A DNA stretch of 63,863 nt, the filler included, from Octopus bimaculoides (taxonomy: Eukaryota): assembly GCF_001194135.2 (NCBI RefSeq). It is 6 parts of 5 records of this genome, joined end to end, with 100 filler letters (N's around TTAATTAATTAA, not from the genome) between each part and the next. Parts side by side here need not be neighbours in the genome. Positions count along the whole stretch, not along the records: positions 19,141 to 26,991 come from NC_068987.1; positions 27,092 to 49,325 come from NC_069000.1; 4 more parts are not named here. One strand, written 5' to 3'. Shown one piece after another: positions 25,180 to 37,102 of the stretch. The first letter of the stretch is position 1, and the number at the start of each line of letters is the position of its first letter. The notes beneath the pieces are model-generated. The model was not told the DNA's origin. It made no database searches and worked only from the letters and a program-made list of their open reading frames with translations. Position numbers and translations under genes: made by a program.

Positions 25180-25440
25180 GTGACAGTAAGACGGTCTCTA
25201 TATGACAGTGAGTCAGTAAGGACGCCTACATATGATAGTGAAACAATAAAAGAGTCTTTACTCGTTAATGGCTAAAGGTGTGTCTATACATTAGTGAAAC
25301 AGAAAGGGAAATTCTACATGAAAGAGAGACAGTAAAGGAGACACTAAGTAAAAGGGATGCAGGAACAGAAAGCGTACCAATGCATGACAGTGAGTTAACA
25401 TTTGAGTCTCTACATGACAAAAAGGGAGAATCACCATAAT
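25180..25440 (+). repeat. Degenerate ~30-bp minisatellite (consensus about GTCTCTACATGACAGTGAGACAGTAAAGGA)
   Basis: Recurring TCTCTA(C/T)ATGA(C/T)AG(T/A)GA(G/A)ACAG units at roughly 30-bp period. Confidence 0.6.
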
Positions 25441-25534
25441 AGGGATTCTGCAAAGGAGCTAGCTGTTTAGCAAATAGCGTGTGAACAAACGAGACGCTTA
25501 GGATTATTTCTTTTCGTTTACTTGTTTCAGCCAT

Positions 25535-25895
25535 GGAGGCGCAATGTCCCAGTGGTTAGGGCAGCGGACTCGCAGTCGCAGGATCGTGGTTTCGATTCCC
25601 AGACCAGGCATTGTGAGTGTTTAGTGAGCGAGATCACCCAAAGTTTCACAAGGCTCCGGCAGGGGATGGTTGCGAACCTTGCTTTCTCTCACTTTTTCTT
25701 CTTGTTTCTGTTGTGCCTGTAATTCAAAGGGTCAGCCTTGTCACACTGTGTCACGCTGAATATCCCCGAGAACTACGTTAAGGGTACACGTGTCTGTGGA
25801 GTGCTCAGCCACTTGCACGTTACTTTCACGAGCAGGCTGTTCCGTTGATCGGATCAACTGGAACCCTCGTCGTCGTAACCGACGGAGTGCCAACC
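25535..25895 (+). mobile_element. Full-length tRNA(Arg)-like SINE (family C), 361 bp, with 15-bp TSD
   Basis: Head GGAGGCGCAATGTCCCAGTGGTTAGGGCAGCGGACTCGCAGTCGC...GGTTTCGATTCCC (box A/B; TCG anticodon-like loop). TSD ACTTGTTTCAGCCAT (25520-25534) / ACTTGTTTCAGTCAT (25896-25910). Confidence 0.92.
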
Positions 25896-26084
25896 ACTTG
25901 TTTCAGTCATTAGATTGTGACCATATCGAGGCACCGGCATGTGAAGAATTTCGTCGAACGAATCGAGCCAAAGTTTTATATTCGTTTTACGAGTCTGGAA
26001 GTTGCTCTATGGCTTTCTTTTGCCCAAACATAAAAAAGACATCAGCACCGGTTATCCACGCACACACATACACAGTTATATACA

Positions 26085-26452
26085 TTTCTTTATTGCCCAC
26101 AGAGGGGCTAAACACGGAGGGGACAAACAAAGGGATTAAGTCGATTACATCGACCCCAGTGCGTAAATGGTAGAAGACACTTGTCCATGATGCCACCCGG
26201 AACCAGGTGTTTCGAAAGTAAGCTTCTTGCTACACAGCCTCGCACATGGCCTAACTCTCCGTTAAATACGACGTTGAGTGTTCCAGTTGATTGGTCCATT
26301 GAACTACAGGTACAACTCACCTTTGCCAGCTGAATGGACTGGTGCAACGCGAAATAAAATATGTTGCTCAAGGATACAACGTGCCGGCGCCGCGAATCGA
26401 ACTCAAGACTTTACTGTCACAATGCGAATATCCAAGCCAGTAAGTCACGTGC
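26085..26452 (-). mobile_element. Stack of SINE pieces: family A tail (26085-26170), family B head (26170-26250), family D (26270-26452)
   Basis: Direct homology to other copies in the window. Confidence 0.7.
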
Positions 26453-27091
26453 GTTCACAGAGCTGCACATACTTAAAACTAATAAAAGAATATTAAATAT
26501 ACAGTAGGTAAGACACGCCTGATCAATTGAGCAAAGTATAATATACGTACGTGTGTGTGTATGCATGCATGTGTGTGTGTGTGTGTCTGTGTGTGTGTGT
26601 GTGTGTGTGTTATTGTTCTTATTATTATGATTTCCTGTTTCTGTTCCATTGTAGTCTCAGTCTGAAGACGCGTGTCTAGGAAGCAAGTCAATGAGGCACG
26701 GATAATGATTTTGGCCAATTAATGTAATTACATTTTACTAATAGTATTGGGTACTTTTTTCTCCCGTACGTTACTGCTAACACACACGCACACACACGCA
26801 CTCACTCCCTCACTCCCTCACACATATCTACATATATGTATGCGTGTGTGTGTGTGTGTGTGTACGTATGAAATATACGTACGCATATGTTCGTATATAA
26901 ATATATATATATATATATATAATGAAATTACGTATATATACGTAATTTCATAAACACTCATATTATATTCATATATATATATATATATATANNNNNNNNN
27001 NNNNNNNNNNNNNNNNNNNNNNNNNNNNNNNNNNNTTAATTAATTAANNNNNNNNNNNNNNNNNNNNNNNNNNNNNNNNNNNNNNNNNNNN

Positions 27092-27122
<31 letters not shown>

Positions 27123-27343
27123 ATGTATATATATGTGTATATATATATTTGTATATATATACAAGTATATATGTATATATACATATACAAACGCATATAA
27201 ACATATGCATAATCATATGTGCATGCCTACACACACATATTGCATATACACCTAATTATTCATACATAGAAATTACATATATATATATATGTGCATGTAT
27301 AATGTATATTTATCCAAACATATATAAACTTGTGTATACATAG

Positions 27344-27376
<33 letters not shown>

Positions 27377-27623
27377 CGCATATCTATCTATCTGTCTATC
27401 TATTTATCATCTATCTATGTAACTCTCTTTCTTTCTCTCCCCTTTTCTCCCCCCCCCCTCTCTCTCTCTACACACACACACACATATTTCTTTAAATGTT
27501 TGTATGTATGTAATTATACAGAACGGTAGAATTGCATGAATTTGACGTTGCCGAATGTGTTAGCGGTGCCAGTCGCAATCTGCTCGATAGACCGGTGCCG
27601 TCTCACCGACGTTAACCCTCCAC

Positions 27624-27706
27624 CTTAGCAGACTCCCGCACTGCGGGGTGCTTGGAAGTGTTGATGTAACCGGCTACCACCAACAGATAGTTTGGCGTAT
27701 CCGACT
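27624..27706 (-). CDS. Candidate 83-bp coding exon of an unidentified gene
   Basis: GC-rich unique island. Acceptor CTCCTATTTCAG|; open frame SDTPNYLLVVAGYINTSKHPAVRESAK; possible donor AAG|GTGGAG, or the frame ends VEG*. No recognised homologue. Confidence 0.3.
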
Positions 27707-27842
27707 CTGAAATAGGAGTGGCCGTTGGGTGGGGTGGGGGAAATCATCACGAGGATTGATATGATTATGGTTGCGATGATTGTGCGTGTGTGTGTGTGTG
27801 TGTGTGTATGTGTATATATATATGTGTGGATATATTTATGTG

Positions 27843-27897
<55 letters not shown>

Positions 27898-28770
27898 NNN
27901 NNNNNNNNNNNNNNNNNNNNNNNNNNNNNNNNNNNNNNNNNNNNNNNNNNNNNNNNNNNNNNNNNNNNNNNNNNNNNNNNNNNNNNNNNNNNNNNNNNNN
28001 NNNNNNNNNNNNNNNNNNNNNNNNNNNNNNNNNNNNNNNNNNNNNNNNNNNNNNNNNNNNNNNNNNNNNNNNNNNNNNNNNNNNNNNNNNNNNNNNNNNN
28101 NNNNNNNNNNNNNNNNNNNNNNNNNNNNNNNNNNNNNNNNNNNNNNNNNNNNNNNNNNNNNNNNNNNNNNNNNNNNNNNNNNNNNNNNNNNNNNNNNNNN
28201 NNNNNNNNNNNNNNNNNNNNNNNNNNNNNNNNNNNNNNNNNNNNNNNNNNNNNNNNNNNNNNNNNNNNNNNNNNNNNNNNNNNNNNNNNNNNNNNNNNNN
28301 NNNNNNNNNNNNNNNNNNNNNNNNNNNNNNNNNNNNNNNNNNNNNNNNNNNNNNNNNNNNNNNNNNNNNNNNNNNNNNNNNNNNNNNNNNNNNNNNNNNN
28401 NNNNNNNNNNNNNNNNNNNNNNNNNNNNNNNNNNNNNNNNNNNNNNNNNNNNNNNNNNNNNNNNNNNNNNNNNNNNNNNNNNNNNNNNNNNNNNNNNNNN
28501 NNNNNNNNNNNNNNNNNNNNNNNNNNNNNNNNNNNNNNNNNNNNNNNNNNNNNNNNNNNNNNNNNNNNNNNNNNNNNNNNNNNNNNNNNNNNNNNNNNNN
28601 NNNNNNNNNNNNNNNNNNNNNNNNNNNNNNNNNNNNNNNNNNNNNNNNNNNNNNNNNNNNNNNNNNNNNNNNNNNNNNNNNNNNNNNNNNNNNNNNNNNN
28701 NNNNNNNNNNNNNNNNNNNNNNNNNNNNNNNNNNNNNNNNNNNNNNNNNNNNNNNNNNNNNNNNNNNNNN

Positions 28771-28825
<55 letters not shown>

Positions 28826-28849
28826 CACATATGCATACATATGTGTGTG

Positions 28850-28880
<31 letters not shown>

Positions 28881-29457
28881 CTATGTACGTATATGTGAGT
28901 GTATATATAGTTGGTATATATATATATATATGGTCATTTATTTTTTAGCCTTGGATGCTCAGCCACGGACCACGCTATCAGACAGATAGTAAACCGGAGA
29001 TTGTCTGTTCTGTCAAATAGACGCCTGAAAAATCCACAAACACCCCCAGATTTTTGATAATTATAAACAAAGGGAACGGAGTCAACAAATTAACGTAGTT
29101 AAAGGACTTGATCACCCCCATTCTCCTCGTTGGAGACAGATTACTATATATAAGCAGACACATGTTGTAACGTACACGGATACACCTGCACCTGCGTCGC
29201 ATACAATAAAAATGAAGAATCCTGTCTTGCCAAATCTGAATTGCATAAGAATTTGGCAACATGTGCACGATTATTCACAAACATAATCATACAAGGATAT
29301 AAACAGATATACTTACAGATATGCAACCATACACGCAACGAACGACACCACATATTCTCTATCTTTCTCTCTCTCCCTCTCTCTCCCTCTCTCTAACTTT
29401 GTCTCCGTCTCTGCCTGTTTATCTGTCTCTCTGTCACTTTCACTCTTCTCTCTCTCT

Positions 29458-29504
<47 letters not shown>

Positions 29505-29878
29505 ACACACACACACACACAAACACACATATGCACACAATACACTAATACTAAAATAATTACGAGTTTGTGATATTCAATATGGAGGAATAAAAATAAA
29601 GAAACAGCTGATTATATATGCTTGTANNNNNNNNNNNNNNNNNNNNNNNNNNNNNNNNNNNNNNNNNNNNNNNNNNNNNNNNNNNNNNNNNNNNNNNNNN
29701 NNNNNNNNNNNNNNNNNNNNNNNNNNNNNNNNNNNNNNNNNNNNNNNNNNNNNNNNNNNNNNNNNNNNNNNNNNNNNNNNNNNNNNNNNNNNNNNNNNNN
29801 NNNNNNNNNNNNNNNNNNATATATATATATATAAATTTAGTGAATGGAGTAAAACGCATATTTTAACTGAATTCTTTT

Positions 29879-29968
29879 ATTTCCAACATATGTTTCGAAG
29901 ATTACAAAGTATACCTTCCATAGGAATAGGTGATGTTGATAAGAATGTAATCTTCTCTTCACGGAAAT
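29879..29968 (-). ncRNA. Type I hammerhead ribozyme motif with extended stem II
   Basis: Minus strand ATTTCC-GTGAAGA-GAAGATTACA-(39 nt)-TGTAATCTTC-GAAAC-ATAT-GTT-GGAAAT: 6-bp stem I, 10-bp stem II, palindromic stem III ACATATGT, GUU triplet. Only C3 is altered; the paralogue at 39822-39867 has intact CTGAAGA. Confidence 0.85.
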
Positions 29969-30194
29969 GCATGGGAACCAGCTTAAACGTAAGACCTTTT
30001 AACCGAATATGAAAACTGTAGTTGGAGAAGGTTGTTACGTAATTTATTTTACGTAATATATATATACATATACTCTTTTACTCTTTTATTTGTTTCAGCC
30101 ATTTGACTGCAGCCAAATTGACCCCTGGACTCTATCTAGCAATAGATGGTGTTGGTCAGTCCTCTCCGTCACTTTTGTCACCGGTATATGTATA

Positions 30195-30365
30195 GTTGAA
30201 ATTTACAGAAAAACAAAAAAAAAAAAACGAAGGCAGGTGTATAAACAACAAGATGGTGTAGTAATCTGACGCTCGGGAAGGTGAGAAAGTCATTTACGTT
30301 TCGAGCCTACGCTCTTCAACAGAAAGGAACACGAGGAAATAAACAGAGAGAATAAAAAGAGAGAG
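30195..30365 (-). mobile_element. Short interspersed repeat (probable PLE terminal repeat) with a minimal hammerhead-like motif
   Basis: Minus strand TTGAAGA-GCGTAGGCTC-GAAAC-GTA at 30293-30327; partial homologue at 32495-32560 (GAGCGTCAAACTAATACATCTGCTT). Confidence 0.5.
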
Positions 30366-30927
30366 AATAAGATGAGAGAGAATATATGCGCGCGCGTGCA
30401 CACACACACACATAACACACACACACANNNNNNNNNNNNNNNNNNNNNNNNNNNNNNNNNNNNNNNNNNNNNNNNNNNNNNNNNNNNNNNNNNNNNNNNN
30501 NNNNNNNNNNNNNNNNNNNNNNNNNNNNNNNNNNNNNNNNNNNNNNNNNNNNNNNNNNNNNNNNNNNNNNNNNNNNNNNNNNNNNNNNNNNNNNNNNNNN
30601 NNNNNNNNNNNNNNNNNNNNNNNNNNNNNNNNNNNNNNNNNNNNNNNNNNNNNNNNNNNNNNNNNNNNNNNNNNNNNNNNNNNNNNNNNNNNNNNNNNNN
30701 NNNNNNNNNNNNNNNNNNNNNNNNNNNNNNNNNNNNNNNNNNNNNNNNNNNNNNNNNNNNNNNNNNNNNNNNNNNNNNNNNNNNNNNNNNNNNNNNNNNN
30801 NNNNNNNNNNNNNNNNNNNNNNAAACAGTTAATACAAACATTATTGCATAGTATAATATTTAATCTGTAATGTAAGATATATGTTATGTTTTTAATTAAG
30901 ACACCATTTAACCTCTACATCATGCAC

Positions 30928-30983
<56 letters not shown>

Positions 30984-31403
30984 GTATGTATGCATACGTG
31001 CATACATACCTCTATACATATGTACGTTTCAATGCAGAGGCATCCAGTTACGCACACGTATACAACTATTACACACATCCATCCATCCATCCATCCATCC
31101 ATACATCCATCCATCCATCCATATATACATACGTGCATGCATACATATGTACATACATACGCGCATTCCCATCTACACGTACGCCCGTATCGATGCAAAC
31201 ACGTCCAGTATTGAACACGTATAAAACTACACACACAGCCAGATATACACACATACGTACACACACACATATATGTGAACACACACGGGCAGAAACATAT
31301 ACCAGCGTTCTGGTACAAGCATCTACCTACTTACACATATATATATATATATCATCACATGTTACAAGCCTTGTCTTTAAAATGACGTTTTTGTCGTCAT
31401 TCA

Positions 31404-31470
31404 TGCTGCTACTGCTGCTACTGCTGCTGCTGCTGCTGCTGCTGTTGTTGTTGTTGTTGTTGTTGTTGTT
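31404..31470. repeat. (CTG)/(TTG)n trinucleotide microsatellite
   Basis: Direct inspection. Confidence 0.95.
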
Positions 31471-31612
31471 GACCTTGTTCTTCTTGTATGAAGTGTTTAT
31501 AGAAGGAACTTCACTAGTCGTTGTCGGCCGTTTGTTGACTGTTATTGTTTCACTCGGACTGTCTGATGGCAAAATATAAGATGTACTTGTTGGCTCCAAC
31601 AGAGCCCACCCT

Positions 31613-31661
<49 letters not shown>

Positions 31662-31824
31662 ACACACACACATGGAGGTGTGAATGGAAACACTCACATA
31701 GACACATATTTTCACACTTGCCGTGGTGTGTGTATATATATGATGCTCAATGAAAACTGTCCGACGAACGAGAACGTGAAACTCTATATATATACATGCA
31801 TATATATTTATGTACATATACGTA

Positions 31825-31867
<43 letters not shown>

Positions 31868-32166
31868 NNNNNNNNNNNNNNNNNNNNNNNNNNNNNNNNN
31901 NNNNNNNNNNNNNNNNNNNNNNNNNNNNNNNNNNNNNNNNNNNNNNNNNNNNNNNNNNNNNNNNNNNNNNNNNNNNNNNNNNNNNNNNNNNNNNNNNNNN
32001 NNNNNNNNNNNNNNNNNNNNNNNNNNNNNNNNNNNNNNNNNNNNNNNNNTACACACACACATATACGTGTTGCTACTGTCATCGCATCTCTACAACAATT
32101 TATGACAAATAATACGCGCACTACACATATACGATGTTTACACGCATTCTCATCACAAACATTCAT

Positions 32167-32220
<54 letters not shown>

Positions 32221-34498
32221 GTATATATATTCATATACATTCACACACTGGCCGTTAATCAGACTCATCCCACCCCTCTTTCTCTTATGTGTGTGGGCGC
32301 GAACACACACTTACGTAAAACACAAACAAGATGGCTGGTCGGATAAGTTAACTTCTAATTTACTAGTTCAAGGTTGTTACATTATCCCTCTTCATTGAGA
32401 ATTTTTTTGTCATTTTTCTGTGTGATATCTATGGACAAATGGTTGTTTCTCCATTAATACGATTGCAATTCATTCTCATAGTTACCTGTAGCTACTCGGA
32501 TACACGAGCGTCAAACTAATACATCTGCTTCTTGTTCCGTCACTTGTCTTTGTCCGTCAAGGCAGTGCCTCGGCATGGCTGCAGTCCAATGACTGAAATA
32601 AGTAAAAGATAAAATATAAAATATACATATATTGAAATAAAGTATTTAGGGTGAAACATTGTGTGATATTACATTAAAAGAACTTGGCGGGTAAAGCCGG
32701 AACAATGCGAAATGGAATTTGAATAAAACTACAAAAAGAAAACATAACAAGGTTGAAGTGTTTTACCTTATATTTTTATATTTTGAGGTTATGACCTCTT
32801 CTTCAAGACAAGCGAGGGACGGAAAAAGGTTGTTGGTCAGATGTGTTTGGGAGGACGGTGACACGCGCAGACTGATGTTGCTATAGTAACCAACCTGCTT
32901 CGTGCAGCTCTTTTTTGTTATTCATAGCAGGTCTTGCTTTGTTGATAAGGCTGGCCGCTGTGATTCTGAGATGGTTTCTCTTGCGTTGAGTGACTCTCAA
33001 ATTAAAATAAAGTCAAATAATATAAACGAACAAACAAACAAGCTAATTAAGGGACCATCAAGTCATCTTTCGGTTTGCTATAAATAACAGCCTGTATGCC
33101 CTCAGGTCAGCAGTCTCCTACCTTAAATTAGGATGGAAACATCGGGAAATGGAATCTTAAAGGGTCTGCCCGATCAAGTCTAACGTGGCACTGCAGACTT
33201 ATTGCATTGGCCGGCTTAAAATCCAGACAAATCCTAAGGTGGTTTTAGTAGAGTGAGTTCCGTTTCAAGCATCTGGAATAGGGCTCTGAGTACGTGGGAA
33301 ACAATTTGCGTTCCCCCTATCAGTTTTAGGGTCCTTGAAAGTGTCATCGATGTTGCCGTTTCTATCTTAAGAATATATTAAAAAAAAAAAAAAAATTAAG
33401 AAGACAACAGTCAAAGGGAAGTAAGCGAGGCAAACCAGAAAATAAAAAACGCAACAATAAAAGCTAAAACCTACAGTAAAACAAGACAAGGAGAGAACAC
33501 GTTCCGTGTGGTCTGATGGTATACTAGAAATAGCAACCATATTTCCCTTAAGTAATTGCTTTAATTTCTTAAATACAAAACAAAAAAAGCGAGCCAGTCT
33601 GCATTAGTTGTTGGTTTAGATACTCCTAAAATATGCGATAGTCACAGTTGAAATGTTTTTGATCATATAGCTGTTTCGTTTAGAGCTCAAACAGCTAGGA
33701 CACCACTTCCACCACCAAAACCACCACCACCACCACCACCATCGGCGGAATTTGATTGCAGAACGTAAAGAGCCAGATTATTCTATTGATCTTTAACAAT
33801 AATTTCTCAATGGTGATATAAACATAATAAACACCGTGTTGGTTGGCGTTGGCTGAAAACAAATCTGACACAAAAATAGCAAAATAAATAAATCTCTTCC
33901 TTCATATGTTGAAGGACTTCTGGCCAATTGCAAACTTTCAGACAGGTACAAATTTTGTGTCTGTCAGAAGCTATTTCTGCTGGGACACTGTGATAGAAAC
34001 CATGTCATCATAGGCAAACAAGCAATTGGAAAAGAAAGGAACCTGAGAATGATTGAGCAACATCTAGCCAACAAATTAGTGACATCAGTGGGTGCAAGGG
34101 TACATGAAGAAATTGGTTGTAGTCTGCTTGGATTACAAAAAAAACTCTCCGATTCTGATCCCCGTCCGTGTATACTGCAAATCCTTCGCCCTCCTTAAGT
34201 TCCAGTTCCATAATCAAGACCATCGTCAACTCGAAGTTACATCCAGATAGGACAACGTGGCACTCAGAGCAGGAATTGAAACCACTATCTCACGATCGTG
34301 TGAGTGTAGTACCCTAACCAATAGGCCATGCGTCCCCCATATGACATACATAAATACAAATATACATACATACATGCCTGCATGCATACACACATGCATA
34401 GACAGATAGATAGCTACACACACACATACATACATAAGCACGCATATGCATATACATATATGCGTTATATATATATATATATATATATNNNNNNNNNN

Positions 34499-34545
<47 letters not shown>

Positions 34546-34667
34546 CATGCTTTGCATACATACATACATACATACATACACATGCACACTTATGCAGATA
34601 CACAGTCACATAGAAATGCACATATTCTTGCATACATATATACATACATACATACACACATACATAC

Positions 34668-34698
<31 letters not shown>

Positions 34699-34958
34699 CA
34701 TACATACATACATACACGCACACACATAGAGATACATGCATACATTCATGTATGATTCCCCAGTGGATGTTGTTTAAATTTTACAGAAACAAAAACCTTG
34801 TTTCTGGATTGGAAACCGGCCTTTTCCCTAAAGGCGAGGAATTTCAAAAATAAAAAAAAAGAAAGAAACATACATACAAAACATATAAACACAAACATGA
34901 CATCCACATAAGCATTAATAGTCAGAAGCCTTCAGATGTCTATACACACACACACACA

Positions 34959-35017
<59 letters not shown>

Positions 35018-35654
35018 GTATGTATTTATATATATATACATATATGAATGTATGTTTGTATGTATATACACTCATTGCATATACTTGCGATTACATATAA
35101 ATATGCACTTATATACACATACATACATACATGCATTTATACATATACATTCGCATATACAAACACACGCTCACTTAATCGGACGCACATATACGTACAC
35201 AGAATTATACTCACATGTCCACATATATATGATATACACACATTCGTGTATAAACCGCTTGAAAAACATACACTCGTGTACAGAAGGACACAGTGCTAGA
35301 CACATACGATATGTGTATGTGTGTGTTCATGTAGACAGACAATTACACACAGACATATGTATGTATATATGTATATATATATATAATATACACACACACA
35401 CATATATATAACACACCATTGAAGCAGGTCCAGCGGCGATGTCGCTAGTGGTAGCAGCGGTTTTGTTGGAAGTGTTGGCGGTGATAATGGCGGCGGCGTT
35501 AGAGCAATGAGAGACGAAACAACAACGGCGAAACTGTTTATAAAACATCACTAACAATTATTTCGCCCACCCAAGACGTTTGCCAAGTGTTTATTTTGAA
35601 ATTTCAAATCGAGAAATTGACCGGCCCCGGGTATAAACAGCCACTAGATTGTAG

Positions 35655-35730
35655 ACGTATGTATGTATGTATGTATGTATGTATGTATGTATGTATGTAG
35701 CTATATAAGTACATCTATCTATCTATCTAC

Positions 35731-35761
<31 letters not shown>

Positions 35762-35762
35762 C

Positions 35763-35821
<59 letters not shown>

Positions 35822-35822
35822 C
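35655..35822. repeat. (TATG)n + (TCTA)n tetranucleotide microsatellite
   Basis: Direct inspection. Confidence 0.95.
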
Positions 35823-36110
35823 TTGCGTACATACAGAAACACGTAATAGACGCGCTTACTACTTAAATAGTCTCAGACGTATACATACATACATACATAC
35901 ATACATACATACATACATACGTACATACATACATATATGTGTGTGTGTGTGTGTGTACATACACACACACATATATATCTATCGGTGTGTGTGTGTGTAT
36001 GGTTACATAAACAGCAATAAGCGTGTTCTTATGAATGCATGTATGTGCATCTGTGTATGTTTGGTTTTTATGTATATTATACTCACATGCATAAATGCTT
36101 AGATTTAAAT

Positions 36111-36193
<83 letters not shown>

Positions 36194-36794
36194 GATATAT
36201 TGAGTGCATATAATAATATGTATAATATATATAAGTGTTTGTACATGAATATATATATATATATATGTATATATTCATGGATGGATGTATGCACAGACAT
36301 AAATATACATCCATACACACATACAAATATACTCGTTTGTACGTACTCAATATATAAATATACATACTTATGAATATAAACACACAGACACACAGACACA
36401 CACACACACTATACACATGCACAACGCACGCGAGAATGACAGCACCATTATATAAAAGATTTAATGTAACTATTTATTTCCGTGTGTACCATCTTTATGC
36501 CAACATGTTAGAAATCAACTTCTCTGTTTTACTGTTTTAAAACCACCATTTACAATCCCATTTTGCCTTTATTGAGTATAAAAGTTGCAGAAAATATAAT
36601 TAATATCTTTGAATATTCAGTATGTAACTCAGATTTGTACTTCCAAGATGAATCGTCTGATGGTAGCCGGAGATACAGAAAATAGCAACGAAATTTCCTG
36701 TAAAGCATAGCTTATCCATATAAAGTAGGGGTGATGCATTCGATATCATTAATATCTTTGAAAAGGATATAAGATAATGTAATTGTTGTTATTC

Positions 36795-37102
36795 GCTTTT
36801 AGTCGAGCAAATCGATCCCAGGACTTATTCTTTGTAAGCTTAGTACTTATTCTATCGGTCTCTTTTGCCGAACCGCTATGTTACGGGATAAAAACATACC
36901 AGCATCGGTTGTCAATAGATTGTGGGGGGTACAAACACAGACACACAAACATATATATCCGTCTACCAAATCCACCCACGAGGCTTTGGTCGGCTTGAGG
37001 CTTATAGTAGAAGATACTGGCCCAAGGTACCACATAGTGGAATTGAACCCGGGACCATGTGATTGGTAAGCAAGCTACTTACCACACAGTCACTCCTGCA
37101 CC
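36795..37102 (-). mobile_element. Near full-length SINE family B (short internal microsatellite)
   Basis: Reverse complement of 22181-22540 along its length. Confidence 0.88.

Noticed and set aside
25535-25610. tRNA-Arg gene (also 63814-63863 and heads of families A, B, D)
   Set aside because: No complete cloverleaf; continues into a SINE body with a TSD.
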